NCBI GenBank assembly: GCA_035297105.1
Contig: DATGZO010000010.1
Span: 1,241-65,240, forward strand
Direction of reading: 5' to 3'
Length of the DNA stretch: 64,000 nt
Origin: Thermoplasmata archaeon
Lineage (GTDB): Archaea > Thermoplasmatota > Thermoplasmata > Lutacidiplasmatales > UBA184
A program made the translations under genes and the position numbers. Of the stretch, positions 53,260 to 64,000 are shown piece by piece. Numbering within the stretch: position 1 is the first letter of the stretch; the number at the start of each line of letters is the position of its first letter. The notes beneath the pieces were generated by a model. That model worked only from the letters and a program-made list of their open reading frames with translations. It had not been told where the DNA came from and made no database searches.

Positions 53260-54524
53260 CCATCGCCCAACTCCGTCCCGGGCCGGTGGCGGGCCGGATC
53301 CGTGCCCCGCCCTCAAAGAGCTACACCCATCGCGCGCTCGTGGTCGGCCACCTTTCCGGACACCGGTTCCGAGTCGATCACCCGCTCGATTCCGAGGACA
53401 CGCGGGCCACGGCCGTCGCGCTCGCCCGGCTCGGTACGCCGGTAGAGTACCGAACCGATTCGTGGACCGTCCAGCCCGGGAACGGGACTCGCGCCGGTTC
53501 CATTTCCATCGACTGCGGCGAATCCGGCACGACGCTCCGGTTCCTCTCGGCCGTGGCCGCTCGTGACGCCGGCACGACCCGGTTCACCGGCCGGACCCGC
53601 CTGGGCGCCCGCCCCATGCGGGGTCTCCTCCACGCGTTGACCGCGTTGGGGGCCACGGTTCGGGTCGCACCCTCCGGTCTGCCGATCGAGGTTCGCGGTC
53701 CACTCCGGGGAGGACTCGTCCGTGTCGACGCTTCGAGCAGCTCCCAATTCGTATCCTCGCTCCTGCTGGTCCTCCCCACGCTCCCGGAAGATTCCCGGGT
53801 GCACTTGACGGGAGACGTCGTCTCGGGCCCCTACATCGAAGCCACCCTCGCGGTCCTCGACCATCACCGAGTGAACGTCGCTCGGCGGGGACGAGACTTC
53901 TCCCTACCCGGCGGGCAGTCGTACCGCGGCTCCCGGTTCCGCGTCCCGGGGGACGCGTCCAGTGCCGCGTACCTTTGGGCGGCGGGTGCGCTCGCGGGCG
54001 GACCCGTTCGGGTCGATGGGATCCCGAAGTCATGGCCCCAGGCCGATCACCGCATCCTCCCGCTCCTTCGGGCGTTCGGGGCCCACGTCGCGTCCGGGAA
54101 CGACTGGGTGAGCGTCTCAGCGGGGGATCGACGCCCGTTCTCGATCGACCTGACCGACGCGCCGGACCTCTACCCACTCGCGGGGGTCCTCGCTGCCTCG
54201 GCCCTAGGCACGAGCCGAATTCGCGGTGCCGTTCATGTGGCGCACAAGGAATCCGATCGTCGTGCGGGGACCGTCCGCTTGGCAAGGGCGCTTGGGGCGT
54301 CGGTGAGCGAGCACCGGGGAGGTTTGCTCATCCAAGGGGTTCGAGAGCCCCGGGCGATCCACTTGGGCCGGCTGGCAGACCATCGCATGGTGATGAGCGC
54401 CGCGATCGGGGCGCTCGCTGCCGGCGGGCCGAGCCGGATCGGAGAGGCCGGGGCGACCCAGAAGTCGTTCCCTGGGTTCTGGGACGCGTTGCGAGCGATC
54501 GGGGTCGAGGTTCGGCCGGTATGA
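53256..54524 (+). CDS. aroA: 3-phosphoshikimate 1-carboxyvinyltransferase (EPSP synthase)
   Basis: 'RIRAPPSKSYTHRALVVG', 'IDCGESGTTLRFL', 'GRTRLGARPMRGLLHAL' and 'LLIQG' are classic EPSPS blocks. The GTG start overlaps the aroK stop (GTGA). Confidence 0.9.
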   Translation: MTIAQLRPGPVAGRIRAPPSKSYTHRALVVGHLSGHRFRVDHPLDSEDTRATAVALARLGTPVEYRTDSWTVQPGNGTRAGSISIDCGESGTTLRFLSAVAARDAGTTRFTGRTRLGARPMRGLLHALTALGATVRVAPSGLPIEVRGPLRGGLVRVDASSSSQFVSSLLLVLPTLPEDSRVHLTGDVVSGPYIEATLAVLDHHRVNVARRGRDFSLPGGQSYRGSRFRVPGDASSAAYLWAAGALAGGPVRVDGIPKSWPQADHRILPLLRAFGAHVASGNDWVSVSAGDRRPFSIDLTDAPDLYPLAGVLAASALGTSRIRGAVHVAHKESDRRAGTVRLARALGASVSEHRGGLLIQGVREPRAIHLGRLADHRMVMSAAIGALAAGGPSRIGEAGATQKSFPGFWDALRAIGVEVRPV

Positions 54525-55606
54525 TGGAGTTCGGGAGTCGCCTTCGAATGACGGTGTTCGGGTCGAGCCATGGTCCGGAAGTCGGGGTCCAGGTCGAGGG
54601 GCTGCCTCCGGGAACCCCGGTCTCCCTCGCGGGGATCCAGGACCAGCTCGACCGACGACGTCCGGTGGGACGCCGATTGGCCACCCGGCGCCAGGAGGAG
54701 GATCTACTGATCGTCGACCGCGGCGTGGTCGACGGTCGTTCGGATGGGGGTCCGTTCCGAGCGCACGTCGCGAACACGGATGTCCGGCGCGAGCCGTACG
54801 ATCGGTTGGCGGATATCCCCCGACCCGGCCACGCGGACTTCCCGGCTCGGATCCGGTACGGGACGGACGCGGACCTCAGCGGCGGAGGCATCTTCTCGGG
54901 CCGGATGACCGTGGGGCTCGTGATCGCCGGCACCCTCGCCCGGGGCCTGCTCGCGGCCCGGGGCGTCGACGTGGTCGCGTTCACCCGGTCGATCGGCCCG
55001 GTCGACGCGGACGTACCGGACGACCTCGACCTCGTGACCTTGCGCGCGCGGGCCGCCACCAACGAGGTGGAGACACCGGATGCGTCGGCTGCGGCGCGGA
55101 TGGAGGAGGCGATCCTCTCCGCCCGCCGCGACGGGGACAGCCTCGGTGGCGTGGTCGAGATTCGGGCCGAGGGCCTCCCCGTCGGACTGGGCGAACCGTT
55201 CTTCGATTCGATCGAGAGCGTGGTAGCGCACGCGCTCTTCTCGGTGCCGGCGGTGAAGGCCGTCGAGTTTGGGGCGGGATTCCGAGCCGCCCGACTGCGG
55301 GGAAGCGAGCACAACGACCCGTTCGTCTGGGAGGGGGAGAGGGTCCGCACCCTGACCAATCACGCGGGAGGGATCCTCGGCGGGCTTTCGAACGGGATGC
55401 CGCTCGTCGCTCGGGCCGCGGTCAAGCCAACCTCCTCGATCGCTCGACCCCAGCGTTCGGTCGACTTGGCCCGTCACACCGAAACGACGTTGACGGTGAC
55501 CGGGCGGCATGACCCCTGTATCGTCCCGCGCGCGGTCGGGGTGCTGGAGAGCGTCACCGCGTTCGCGCTCGCCGACCTGGGTCTGCGAGGGGGATTCCTG
55601 CCGTGA
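54521..55606 (+). CDS. aroC: Chorismate synthase
   Basis: 'FGSSHGPEVGVQVEGLPPG', 'RPGHADF', 'GGGIFSGRMT' and 'GGLSNGMPL' are present. The ATGA overlap with aroA suggests translational coupling. Confidence 0.9.
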   Translation: MMEFGSRLRMTVFGSSHGPEVGVQVEGLPPGTPVSLAGIQDQLDRRRPVGRRLATRRQEEDLLIVDRGVVDGRSDGGPFRAHVANTDVRREPYDRLADIPRPGHADFPARIRYGTDADLSGGGIFSGRMTVGLVIAGTLARGLLAARGVDVVAFTRSIGPVDADVPDDLDLVTLRARAATNEVETPDASAAARMEEAILSARRDGDSLGGVVEIRAEGLPVGLGEPFFDSIESVVAHALFSVPAVKAVEFGAGFRAARLRGSEHNDPFVWEGERVRTLTNHAGGILGGLSNGMPLVARAAVKPTSSIARPQRSVDLARHTETTLTVTGRHDPCIVPRAVGVLESVTAFALADLGLRGGFLP

Positions 55607-56676
55607 GCGACGATCGGATCCCCACCGCCATCCTCGGGGCGAGTGGGTACATCGGACAGCACTTCGTGCGGCTGCTCCACGACCACCCTCACTTCGCTCC
55701 GCCTCAGCTCCTCGGGGGAGAGCGCTCGCGGGGCCAGACGCTCGGCGACGTCTGGCTGCTCCCGGAGGCACCGCCCCCGGAGCTCGAGTCGGTGCGGCTC
55801 CGTTCCGAAACTCCGGCCCGGCTCGCGCGGTCGGGGGTCGGGGTCGTTTTCTCCGCGTTGCCCTCCGGAACCGCGGGACCCCTCGAGAGCGAGCTCGTTC
55901 GGAGGGGGGTGTCGGTCTTTTCCAACGCCTCCGACCATCGGCTGGACCCGGGGGTAGCGCTGCTGGTGCCCGAGGTCAACGGCGACCACCTCGCGCTCGC
56001 CGCGACGTCGCGCCCGGGGCGGGGGCTGCTCGTCACGAACCCGAACTGCGCGACCACCGGACTGGTACTGGGACTCGCGCCACTCCTTCCTCTCCTTCGG
56101 CCCCGGACCGTGCACGTCACGACCTTCCAGTCGATCTCCGGTGCCGGCTACCCGGGGGTGCCGTCGCTGGCGATCTCGGACAACGTCATCCCCTTCATCC
56201 GAGAGGAAGAGGAGAAGGTCGAGCGCGAAACCGCCCGCCTGCTCGGTCGGCGTCGGCTTCGAGGAGTCTCTGCGTGGACCCCCCGGGTAGTGGCCCATTG
56301 TGCCCGGGTCGCGACCCGGGAGGGACACCTGGAAGCGGTCACCGTCGAGGCCACCGCCCAGCCCACTCGCTCGGCCCTCGAAGGCGCGTGGACCCGGTTC
56401 GATCCGCTCTCGGGCCTCGACCTCCCGACCGCCCCGCATCCCCCGGTAGAGCTCCGCACCGCGGTCGACCGACCGCAACCCCTCCGTGACCGCTGGGCGG
56501 GTCATCCGATCCGGGCACGCGGGATGGCCGCGGTCGTGGGCCGGATCCGCTGGGACCCGCCGTTCCTTCGGTTCTTCGTCCTTTCGCACAACGCCGTGAG
56601 AGGGGGAGCCGGCGGCTCGGTCCTGAACGCTGAGTACGCCCTCGCGCGCGACGCCCTCCCTCGTCGGGGACGGTGA
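55603..56676 (+). CDS. asd: Aspartate-semialdehyde dehydrogenase
   Basis: NAD-binding 'AILGASGYIGQHFVRLL' and the active-site region 'LLVTNPNCATTGLVLGL' (catalytic Cys) are present, with a length of 357 aa. Confidence 0.9.
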   Translation: MSDDRIPTAILGASGYIGQHFVRLLHDHPHFAPPQLLGGERSRGQTLGDVWLLPEAPPPELESVRLRSETPARLARSGVGVVFSALPSGTAGPLESELVRRGVSVFSNASDHRLDPGVALLVPEVNGDHLALAATSRPGRGLLVTNPNCATTGLVLGLAPLLPLLRPRTVHVTTFQSISGAGYPGVPSLAISDNVIPFIREEEEKVERETARLLGRRRLRGVSAWTPRVVAHCARVATREGHLEAVTVEATAQPTRSALEGAWTRFDPLSGLDLPTAPHPPVELRTAVDRPQPLRDRWAGHPIRARGMAAVVGRIRWDPPFLRFFVLSHNAVRGGAGGSVLNAEYALARDALPRRGR

Positions 56677-56681
56677 GGCCC

Positions 56682-57998
56682 ATGGCCCGGCGCCGCCCGA
56701 TCGTACTGAAGTTCGGCGGCGCATCGCTGACCGATCCCGTCCGGGTCGTGTCCGACGTCCGTACGGCGCGGGCCGAGGATCGTCCCCTCGTGATCGTGGC
56801 CTCGGCGCGCGAAGGGGTCACCGACCGGCTGATGTTGGGACTCCGGCACGGTCGCTCCGCGGCCCTCCACCGCACGATCGTTGAAGACCTTCGGGAGATG
56901 CACCCCGACCTCTCGGCGACCGGCCGACGCCACCTGACCCGGCTCGAGCGGCTCTTCGAACTCGCGGAACGGACGCACGGGAAGGACGCCCCGCTCGCCG
57001 ATCGCATCCTCAGCCAGGGCGAACGACTCTCCGTCGATTGGCTGGTCCAGACCCTCCGCCGGGCCCACGTCCCCGCGGTCGGCGTCGAGGCGGATCACCT
57101 GGGGCTGATCACCGACAACGCCTACGGAGCCTCGTGCATCCTCTTCGACCGCTCGGGACCGGCGGTGCGTCTCGGTCTGGGCCGTATTCTTCGGCGGGGC
57201 CAGGTGCCGGTCGTGACCGGGTACTTCGGCCGCAGCTTGGAAGGTCGGGTCGCCACCCTCGGCCGCGGCGGTTCCGACTACGCCGCCGCCGGTCTCGGAG
57301 CGATCCTGCGAGCCGAGCGGGTGGAGCTCGTCAAGCGCCACGTCGCCGTCTTCTCGGCCGATCCCCGAGAGGTCCCTTCGGCCCGGCCGATCCCCGAGCT
57401 CTCGTACGAGGAAGCGGAGGAGCTCGCCCAATTCGGGGCGCGGGTCCTTCACCCGCTGACGATCGAGCCGGCCCGTGCCCAGAACATCGTGCTACGGGTC
57501 CGGTCGCTCGAGGACCCGCGCGTGGTCACGACCATCGGCCCCTCTCAATCCGAGCGCCACAACCGCGCCCTCACCCTCCTGGGCCCGCTGAGGCTCCTCC
57601 GGCTCCGCGTCCCCGGAGGGCGGCAGCGCCCCGGGATCGTCGCCGAGGTCTCCGAACGCCTGGCCGCGGCGAACGTGAACCTCGTCCAGCTCTACACGTC
57701 GTCCGCCCTCCTCTGCCTCGTCCTCGAACCGCCCCAGGTCGTGACAGCCCTCCGGGCCCTGGCCCCGCTCACGCGGGAGGCGGCCGCGATGGTCGAGGGA
57801 CCGTTCCGCGTCGCGCTCGTGACCGTCATCGGGGACGGAGTCATGGCCGATATCGAACGAGTACCCGCCTCGGCCGTCGCGTCCGCGGAGGGGTTCAGCG
57901 CGACGCCCCGCGCCCTCTCGCTCGCGGTCCCCGAGGAGCGGGGTCCCGAGGTCTTGCGGCAGCTGCATCGAGTGTTGGTGGAGGACGCTTCGCCGTGA
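56682..57998 (+). CDS. lysC: Aspartate kinase (with C-terminal ACT domains)
   Basis: 'IVLKFGGASLTDPVRV' is the kinase N-terminal motif, 'LGRGGSDYAAAGLGAIL' is present, and ACT-like regions lie at the C-terminus. An alternative GTG start is at 56673. Confidence 0.85.
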   Translation: MARRRPIVLKFGGASLTDPVRVVSDVRTARAEDRPLVIVASAREGVTDRLMLGLRHGRSAALHRTIVEDLREMHPDLSATGRRHLTRLERLFELAERTHGKDAPLADRILSQGERLSVDWLVQTLRRAHVPAVGVEADHLGLITDNAYGASCILFDRSGPAVRLGLGRILRRGQVPVVTGYFGRSLEGRVATLGRGGSDYAAAGLGAILRAERVELVKRHVAVFSADPREVPSARPIPELSYEEAEELAQFGARVLHPLTIEPARAQNIVLRVRSLEDPRVVTTIGPSQSERHNRALTLLGPLRLLRLRVPGGRQRPGIVAEVSERLAAANVNLVQLYTSSALLCLVLEPPQVVTALRALAPLTREAAAMVEGPFRVALVTVIGDGVMADIERVPASAVASAEGFSATPRALSLAVPEERGPEVLRQLHRVLVEDASP

Positions 57999-59191
57999 CG
58001 GACCCCTGGACACTCTTCGCCGAACGGGCCGACCGCTCGGAGTGTGCGGGGTACTTCGAGCGGGCCGCCGGGCACGCCGGGTCACGAGGTCGGGCGGTCT
58101 GGTTCGACGACGGAGAGCGGCTTCCCGCCGTGACGCCGCGCAGTGGTCTGGCCGCGGTGCGTCGGTCGGTCAATACGCACCTCGCCCGGGGTCGAGGAGC
58201 CACGGCGATGGGGTACCTGGGGTTCGATGCGGTGGGTCTGGTGGAGCCCGCGTTGCGCCGGTACCCGGACGGTGCTCCCTTCCCCCTCGGAGAATTCGTG
58301 CTCGCCGGTCACCCTCGGACCGCCGATCTGGGTCCTCGTCGGAGCTCCCCTCGTCTGGCTTCGCTCCCTTCTCCGGGGACACCGGCGTCCGACACGGTCC
58401 CCCGCGCCCGATTCTGCCGGAGCGTGGACCGGTTGCGGGATGCGATCCGGTCCGGCGAGGCGTTCCAGGTCGTCCTCGCGCACCGACGGGCCTGGAGACG
58501 ACCGGCCGATCTCATCGAACGGGCCGGACGGCTCCGGGCCGCGGAGCGCTATGCGTACTTCTACTACCTTCGCGTGGGCGACCGGGAAATCGTCGGGGCG
58601 TCGCCGGAATCGGTCGTCGAGGTGGAGGGCGATATCGCTCGCGTGAACCCGATCGCGGGCACGCTCCCCCGAACGTCACCGGCCGGACGACTGCCCCTTC
58701 CCCAGGATCCGAAGGAACTCTCCGAGCATAGGATGCTGGTCGACCTCGCCCGGAACGACCTCGGCCGGGTCGCACGGCCGGGCTCGGTCCGCGTGTTGTG
58801 GAAGGAGCGTCGGGTCCGGTACGCCCAGCTCGAACACCTCGTGAGCCGGGTCGGGGCCCGCTTGAAGCCGGGGTTGGGTCCGTGGGACGCCTTGGCCGCC
58901 ACGTTCCCGGCCGGTACGGTCAGCGGAGCGCCCAAGATCCGCGCGACCGAGCTCCTCCGCCGGGAGGAAGGCACCTGGCGCGGGCCGTATGGTGGCTCGG
59001 TCGGTCTTCTTGAGACGGGGGGCCGCGCCGACTGGGCGCTCACGATCCGGAGTGCGTTCGCCGCCGGACCCCGTCTGTTCACCGCCGCCGGGGCGGGGAT
59101 CGTCCACGCCTCCGACGGCGACCGCGAGTTCGACGAGTCCCTCACGAAGCTCGAGCAGCTCGAGTCCTGCTTGCTGGGAGGGGGCGCGTGA
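57995..59191 (+). CDS. trpE: Anthranilate synthase component I
   Basis: 'LSEHRMLVDLARNDLGRVARPGSV', 'GTVSGAPKIRATELL' and 'RGPYGGSVGLL' form the chorismate-binding domain. The start is taken as the GTG overlapping the lysC stop. The track ORF 57038..59191 extends spuriously across lysC in another frame. Confidence 0.8.
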   Translation: MTDPWTLFAERADRSECAGYFERAAGHAGSRGRAVWFDDGERLPAVTPRSGLAAVRRSVNTHLARGRGATAMGYLGFDAVGLVEPALRRYPDGAPFPLGEFVLAGHPRTADLGPRRSSPRLASLPSPGTPASDTVPRARFCRSVDRLRDAIRSGEAFQVVLAHRRAWRRPADLIERAGRLRAAERYAYFYYLRVGDREIVGASPESVVEVEGDIARVNPIAGTLPRTSPAGRLPLPQDPKELSEHRMLVDLARNDLGRVARPGSVRVLWKERRVRYAQLEHLVSRVGARLKPGLGPWDALAATFPAGTVSGAPKIRATELLRREEGTWRGPYGGSVGLLETGGRADWALTIRSAFAAGPRLFTAAGAGIVHASDGDREFDESLTKLEQLESCLLGGGA

Positions 59192-59769
59192 AGGTCCTCC
59201 TCATCGACCACGAGGACTCGTTCGTGTACAACATCTCGCAGGCGCTCGCGGCGCACGGGGCCGAGGTGACCTGTTACCGGTCGACGAGGTCCCTCGCCGG
59301 TGCGCTCCGGGTGGATCCCGACGCGATCGTGCTCTCGCCGGGACCGGGCCATCCCCGGGACCGTCGTCTGACAGGATTGTCCCGGGAACTGCTGGATCGA
59401 TGGCAGGGCGAACGACCGTTCCTCGGAGTGTGCCTGGGACACCAGCTGATCGCCGACTTCTACGGAGGGAAGGTCATCCGCGCCCCGGCACCGGTCCACG
59501 GAGAAACCTCCCCGGTCCGACACGACGGCCGCGGGATCTTCGATCGCGTCCGTTCGCCCCTCATCGGGGCGAGGTATCACTCGCTCACGGTCGATCCGGA
59601 ACGGGTCCCGGCGTGCCTCGAAGTGTCCGCGACGGACGACGCAGGACTCATCATGGGCCTCCGTCACCGAAGGGTGTCGGTCGAATCCGTCCAGTTCCAT
59701 CCGGAGTCGTACCTGACCCGGGCCGGACCGCACCTGCTCTCGAACTTCCTCGCCGAGGTCCGACGATGA
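59188..59769 (+). CDS. trpG: Anthranilate synthase component II (class I glutamine amidotransferase)
   Basis: 'LGVCLGHQLIADFYGG' is the catalytic Cys-Gly-His region, and 'VQFHPES' is present. GTGA overlap with trpE. Confidence 0.9.
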   Translation: MKVLLIDHEDSFVYNISQALAAHGAEVTCYRSTRSLAGALRVDPDAIVLSPGPGHPRDRRLTGLSRELLDRWQGERPFLGVCLGHQLIADFYGGKVIRAPAPVHGETSPVRHDGRGIFDRVRSPLIGARYHSLTVDPERVPACLEVSATDDAGLIMGLRHRRVSVESVQFHPESYLTRAGPHLLSNFLAEVRR

Positions 59770-60800
59770 TCGCGACGTACCTTGAACGACTCCACGCTCC
59801 GCGGCCGCTCATCGTGCGCGAGGTTCGAGGGATCTTCGACCTCCTCCTGGCCCCGTCCACGTCCGAGGTCGAGCGGGTCGGGCTCCTGCGGGCGCTCACG
59901 CTGCGCCACGAAACCCCCCATGAATTGGCCCTGCTCGCGAGCGAGATGCGGCGCCGGGCCCGGCCGTTCCGGGTTCCCCCCTCCGACCGGGCGGTCGACC
60001 TGTGCGGGTCGGGCGGCGCGCGGCGACCTTCCTTCAACGTCTCTACGGTCAGCGCGTTCGTCGTCGCCGCGGCGGGGACGCCCGTCGTCAAGCACGGCAA
60101 CCGGAGCACGCGTGGCCCGTGCGGCTCGAGCGACCTCCTCGCGGCGCTCGGACTCCCGATCGACTCGTCGATCCCGTTCGCTCGAGCGAGCTACGCCCGC
60201 TATCGGATCGCCTTCCTCCATGCTCCTCTCTTCCACCCCGCGACCCGAGCGGTCGCCTCCGCCCGGCGCGCGCTCGGGATCCCGACCATCTTCAATCGGC
60301 TCGGTCCTCTCTCCAACCCGGCCGGAGTGAGCGTTCAAGTGGTCGGAGTTCCGAACCTTTCGGCCGCCGGTCGGGTCGCGACCGCTCTGCGACGGCTGGG
60401 CGTCCGACGCGGCCTCGCGATGACGAGCGAAGAGGGATGTGATGAGTTCTCGCCCCAATACCGGACCCGGGGAGTTCGCTGGGACCCTCGGGGGATGCAC
60501 CGCGTGACCGTAGTCCCTTCCCGCTACCTCGAACCCGACGAGCGGCGGGGCGACTGGGGTCCGCTGCCGCCGCCCGCCGCCGCGGAGGAGACCGAGCGGA
60601 TCCTCGCGGGAGGCGGTGGGGCGCGACGGGGCGCCGTCGTGCTGACGAGCGGGGCCGTCCTGTGGGTCGCCGGACGCACCTCCTCGCTCGCCCAAGGAGT
60701 GGACCGTGCCAGGGAAGCCCTGGACGGAGGGGGAGCGGAGTCCCTGTTGGCCGACCTTCGTCGTCTGGCCCGTCGGTTCCCTGCCCCAGCGGAGGCATGA
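59766..60800 (+). CDS. trpD: Anthranilate phosphoribosyltransferase
   Basis: 'VDLCGSGGARRPSFNVSTVSAFVVAAAG', 'KHGNRS', 'IFNRLGPLSNPAG' and 'AVLTSGAVLWVAG' are present. ATGA overlap with trpG. Confidence 0.9.
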   Translation: MIATYLERLHAPRPLIVREVRGIFDLLLAPSTSEVERVGLLRALTLRHETPHELALLASEMRRRARPFRVPPSDRAVDLCGSGGARRPSFNVSTVSAFVVAAAGTPVVKHGNRSTRGPCGSSDLLAALGLPIDSSIPFARASYARYRIAFLHAPLFHPATRAVASARRALGIPTIFNRLGPLSNPAGVSVQVVGVPNLSAAGRVATALRRLGVRRGLAMTSEEGCDEFSPQYRTRGVRWDPRGMHRVTVVPSRYLEPDERRGDWGPLPPPAAAEETERILAGGGGARRGAVVLTSGAVLWVAGRTSSLAQGVDRAREALDGGGAESLLADLRRLARRFPAPAEA

Positions 60801-61603
60801 GCATGGGGTTCCTTGCAGAAATGGTTCAGGCGACGCGGGCGTCCCTGGACGATCCCGCCTACCACGAGGGCATACCGGCCTCCCGACCCTCCGGGCGGAC
60901 GAGTCTACGGGCCGCGGTGGAACGGGACCGGATGCGCGGAGGCCTGCTGGCGGAGTTCAAGCGAAGATCCCCGGGGGCCGCCGCACCGGTCCTCCCTCCT
61001 CGCACGCCCGCGGGCTTCGTCCAGAGCCTCTCGAGGGCCGGCGTGGCGGCGTACTCGTGCCTCGCTTCCATCCCCCGGTTCAACGGACGTCCCGCGGACG
61101 TGGCCGCCGTGGTCGGGAGCACCGACCGGCCCGTCCTCTTCAAGGACTTCATCATCGACCCGGCCCAGATCGACACTGCGGCGCGATGCGGGGCGAGCGC
61201 GGTCCTGCTGATCGCCCGTTTGGAGACCGAGGGCCTGCTCAAGACCCCTCTCGCGTCGCTCGCCGACCGGGCCCATTCTCTGGGACTCGAGGTCCTGCTG
61301 GAGTGGCACGCGCGCACAGAGCTAAGACCGACAGTGGACGTGTCGGCGGACGTGTACGGAGTGAACGTCCGCGACCTGGACACCCTGGAAATGCGACCGG
61401 ACGTCGCGGCCGAAACGCTGGAGGCCGCCCTCGGGCATCGTCCGCTCCTCGGGCTGAGCGGGGTGGAAGGGCCGGAGCAGGCGCGCCGATTCTGGGACCA
61501 GCACGTCGACGGCATCCTCGTCGGGACCGCGCTCGCCCGGGCGCCGGACCCCGTTGCCTTCCTGGCCTCCCTACGGCGTTCCCCATCCATCGGTGATCGA
61601 TGA
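60797..61603 (+). CDS. trpC: Indole-3-glycerol-phosphate synthase
   Basis: 'LLAEFKRRSPG', 'ASAVLLIARL', 'LEVLLEWH' and 'YGVNVRDLDTLE' are present. An SD-like GGAGG sits before the ATG, which overlaps the trpD stop. Confidence 0.85.
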   Translation: MSMGFLAEMVQATRASLDDPAYHEGIPASRPSGRTSLRAAVERDRMRGGLLAEFKRRSPGAAAPVLPPRTPAGFVQSLSRAGVAAYSCLASIPRFNGRPADVAAVVGSTDRPVLFKDFIIDPAQIDTAARCGASAVLLIARLETEGLLKTPLASLADRAHSLGLEVLLEWHARTELRPTVDVSADVYGVNVRDLDTLEMRPDVAAETLEAALGHRPLLGLSGVEGPEQARRFWDQHVDGILVGTALARAPDPVAFLASLRRSPSIGDR

Positions 61604-62239
61604 AGACCTTCGTGAAGTTCTGCGGACTGTCCGACCCGGCCACGGTCGCCGAGATCCCCGAGGGAGGGGCCGCCGGTTTCGTGGTCGACGTGCCCGGCTC
61701 GCCGCGCAGCGTATCAATGGAACGCGCCGTCGAGCTCGTCGGTCAGGTTCCCCCCGAGGTCGAGGCCTGGGCGGTGGTCGTAGCGCCGAGCGGAGACCTC
61801 GTCCGTCGCTTGTTCGACGAGGTTGGCGTCGATCGCATCCAGGTCTACGGTGCCGTTCCCGCCGACCTCGACTTCCTCGAGACGCACCATCTGGTGCCCT
61901 CCGTCGCCGTCGGCGTGACGGGAGCGGGGGGCCCCGACCCGACCGTCCCGCCGGCGGAGAGCTTCCCCCGGATCCACCTCGACGCCGCCGGTCAGCCGCT
62001 GCCGGGCGGGAGCGGGGTCCGCCCGGATTGGGAAGTGTGTGCGCGCCTCATCGACTCGAACCCCGGCCGCAAATTCGTCCTGAGCGGGGGCCTGACCCCC
62101 GACAACGTGGCCGAGGCGCTCGCGACGGTGCACCCGTGGGGCGTGGATGTCTCCTCCGGGATCGAGAGCGCCCCGGGCCGAAAGGATCCGGAGAAGATGC
62201 GGGCGTTCGTCCGGTCCGTCACGGAGTTCGAATCGACCC

Positions 62240-62247
<8 letters not shown>
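61600..62247 (+). CDS. trpF: Phosphoribosylanthranilate isomerase
   Basis: 'MKTFVKFCGLSDPATVA', 'DRIQVYG' and 'FVLSGGLTPDNVAEA' are present. Confidence 0.85.
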
Positions 62248-63386
<1,139 letters not shown>

Positions 63387-63400
<14 letters not shown>

Positions 63401-64000
63401 GGCCCTCGACCGCACCGACCTCCGACATCCGCCCTTCCTCGTCCCGTACCTTCTCGTGGACCGGGGCCGTCGGCGCGAGCTCGCCGCGACCGTCACGGCC
63501 CTCCGAGACGGCGGGGCGACCGCGATCGAACTGGGATTCCCGTTCTCCGATCCGATCGCGGACGGTCCCGTGTTAGAGGCGGCGAGCGGTAGGGCGCTCC
63601 GCGCCGGAACCGACTGGAGCGACTTGCTCGGGTCGCTCCGGGCGGCCTCCCCGATCCTCCCGACGGCCGTCATGACCTACGCGAACCCCGTCTGGCGGCA
63701 TGGCTTCGCTCCCGCGCTCGCGGGCCTCCGCGACGCGGGCGCGAGCGGCCTCATCGTTCCCGACCTGTCGTACGAGGAATCTGCACCGTGGCGCGCCGCG
63801 ACCCGGCGCGCGGGCCTCGACCTCATCCTTCTGGCCGCCCCGGGAGCGTCACCGGACCGGGTGGAGCGGATCGCTCGTCACTCACGAGGGTTCCTGTATC
63901 TCGTCTCGCGGTACGGCACGACCGGCGGAGGAGCGACCCAGGCCGCCCAGGAGCTCGCGCCGCTCATCGCAGCGGCCCACCGCGCGGCACCCGGGCTCGC
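63387..64000 (+). CDS. trpA: Tryptophan synthase alpha chain (3' end outside the window)
   Basis: 'VPYLLVDRG', 'GATAIELGFPFSDPIADGPV' and 'LIVPDLSYEE' are present. The GTG start is preceded by an in-frame TGA and overlaps trpB by 14 nt. Confidence 0.8.

Noticed and set aside
57038-57994. N-terminal 319 codons of the 717-aa ORF 57038..59191
   Set aside because: This part overlaps lysC in another frame. TrpE similarity starts only after the lysC stop, and the composition is Arg/Pro/Gly-rich junk.

Overview
This 64 kb window is a high-GC (about 65-70%) archaeal chromosome segment. It carries a TATA-box-binding protein gene and the archaeal-type shikimate enzymes (ADH synthase, DHQ synthase II, GHMP-type shikimate kinase). 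The proteins are arginine-rich rather than acidic, so this is not a haloarchaeon; an uncultured Thermoplasmatota-like lineage is a guess only. Roughly the first 19 kb look accessory: two giant Kelch/PKD cell-surface proteins, a tandem-HTH Lrp regulator with a frameshifted paralog remnant, tbp behind a striking AT-rich promoter island, and a minus-strand glycosylation-like operon (GT2-nucleotidyltransferase fusion, a small ORF, a DUF2079-like GT-C membrane protein, a surface glycoprotein). The middle is mixed housekeeping: VOC/SRPBCC/thioredoxin-like small proteins, GNATs, an NRAMP transporter, RidA, a DEAD-box helicase, an RCK channel, tmk, an MFS transporter, and a CoA-transferase/acyl-CoA dehydrogenase/MOSC operon. 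It also holds several paralog pairs of unknown function. The last 15 kb is one long, translationally coupled aromatic-amino-acid supraoperon: aroA'-aroB'-aroDE-aroK-aroA-aroC-asd-lysC-trpEGDCFBA. I found no CRISPR array, transposase, rRNA or convincing tRNA. The high GC inflates many long spurious overlapping ORFs, and I rejected these. Coordinates derived by arithmetic from the ORF track are reliable; where I checked start codons against the formatted sequence text I may be off by a base.
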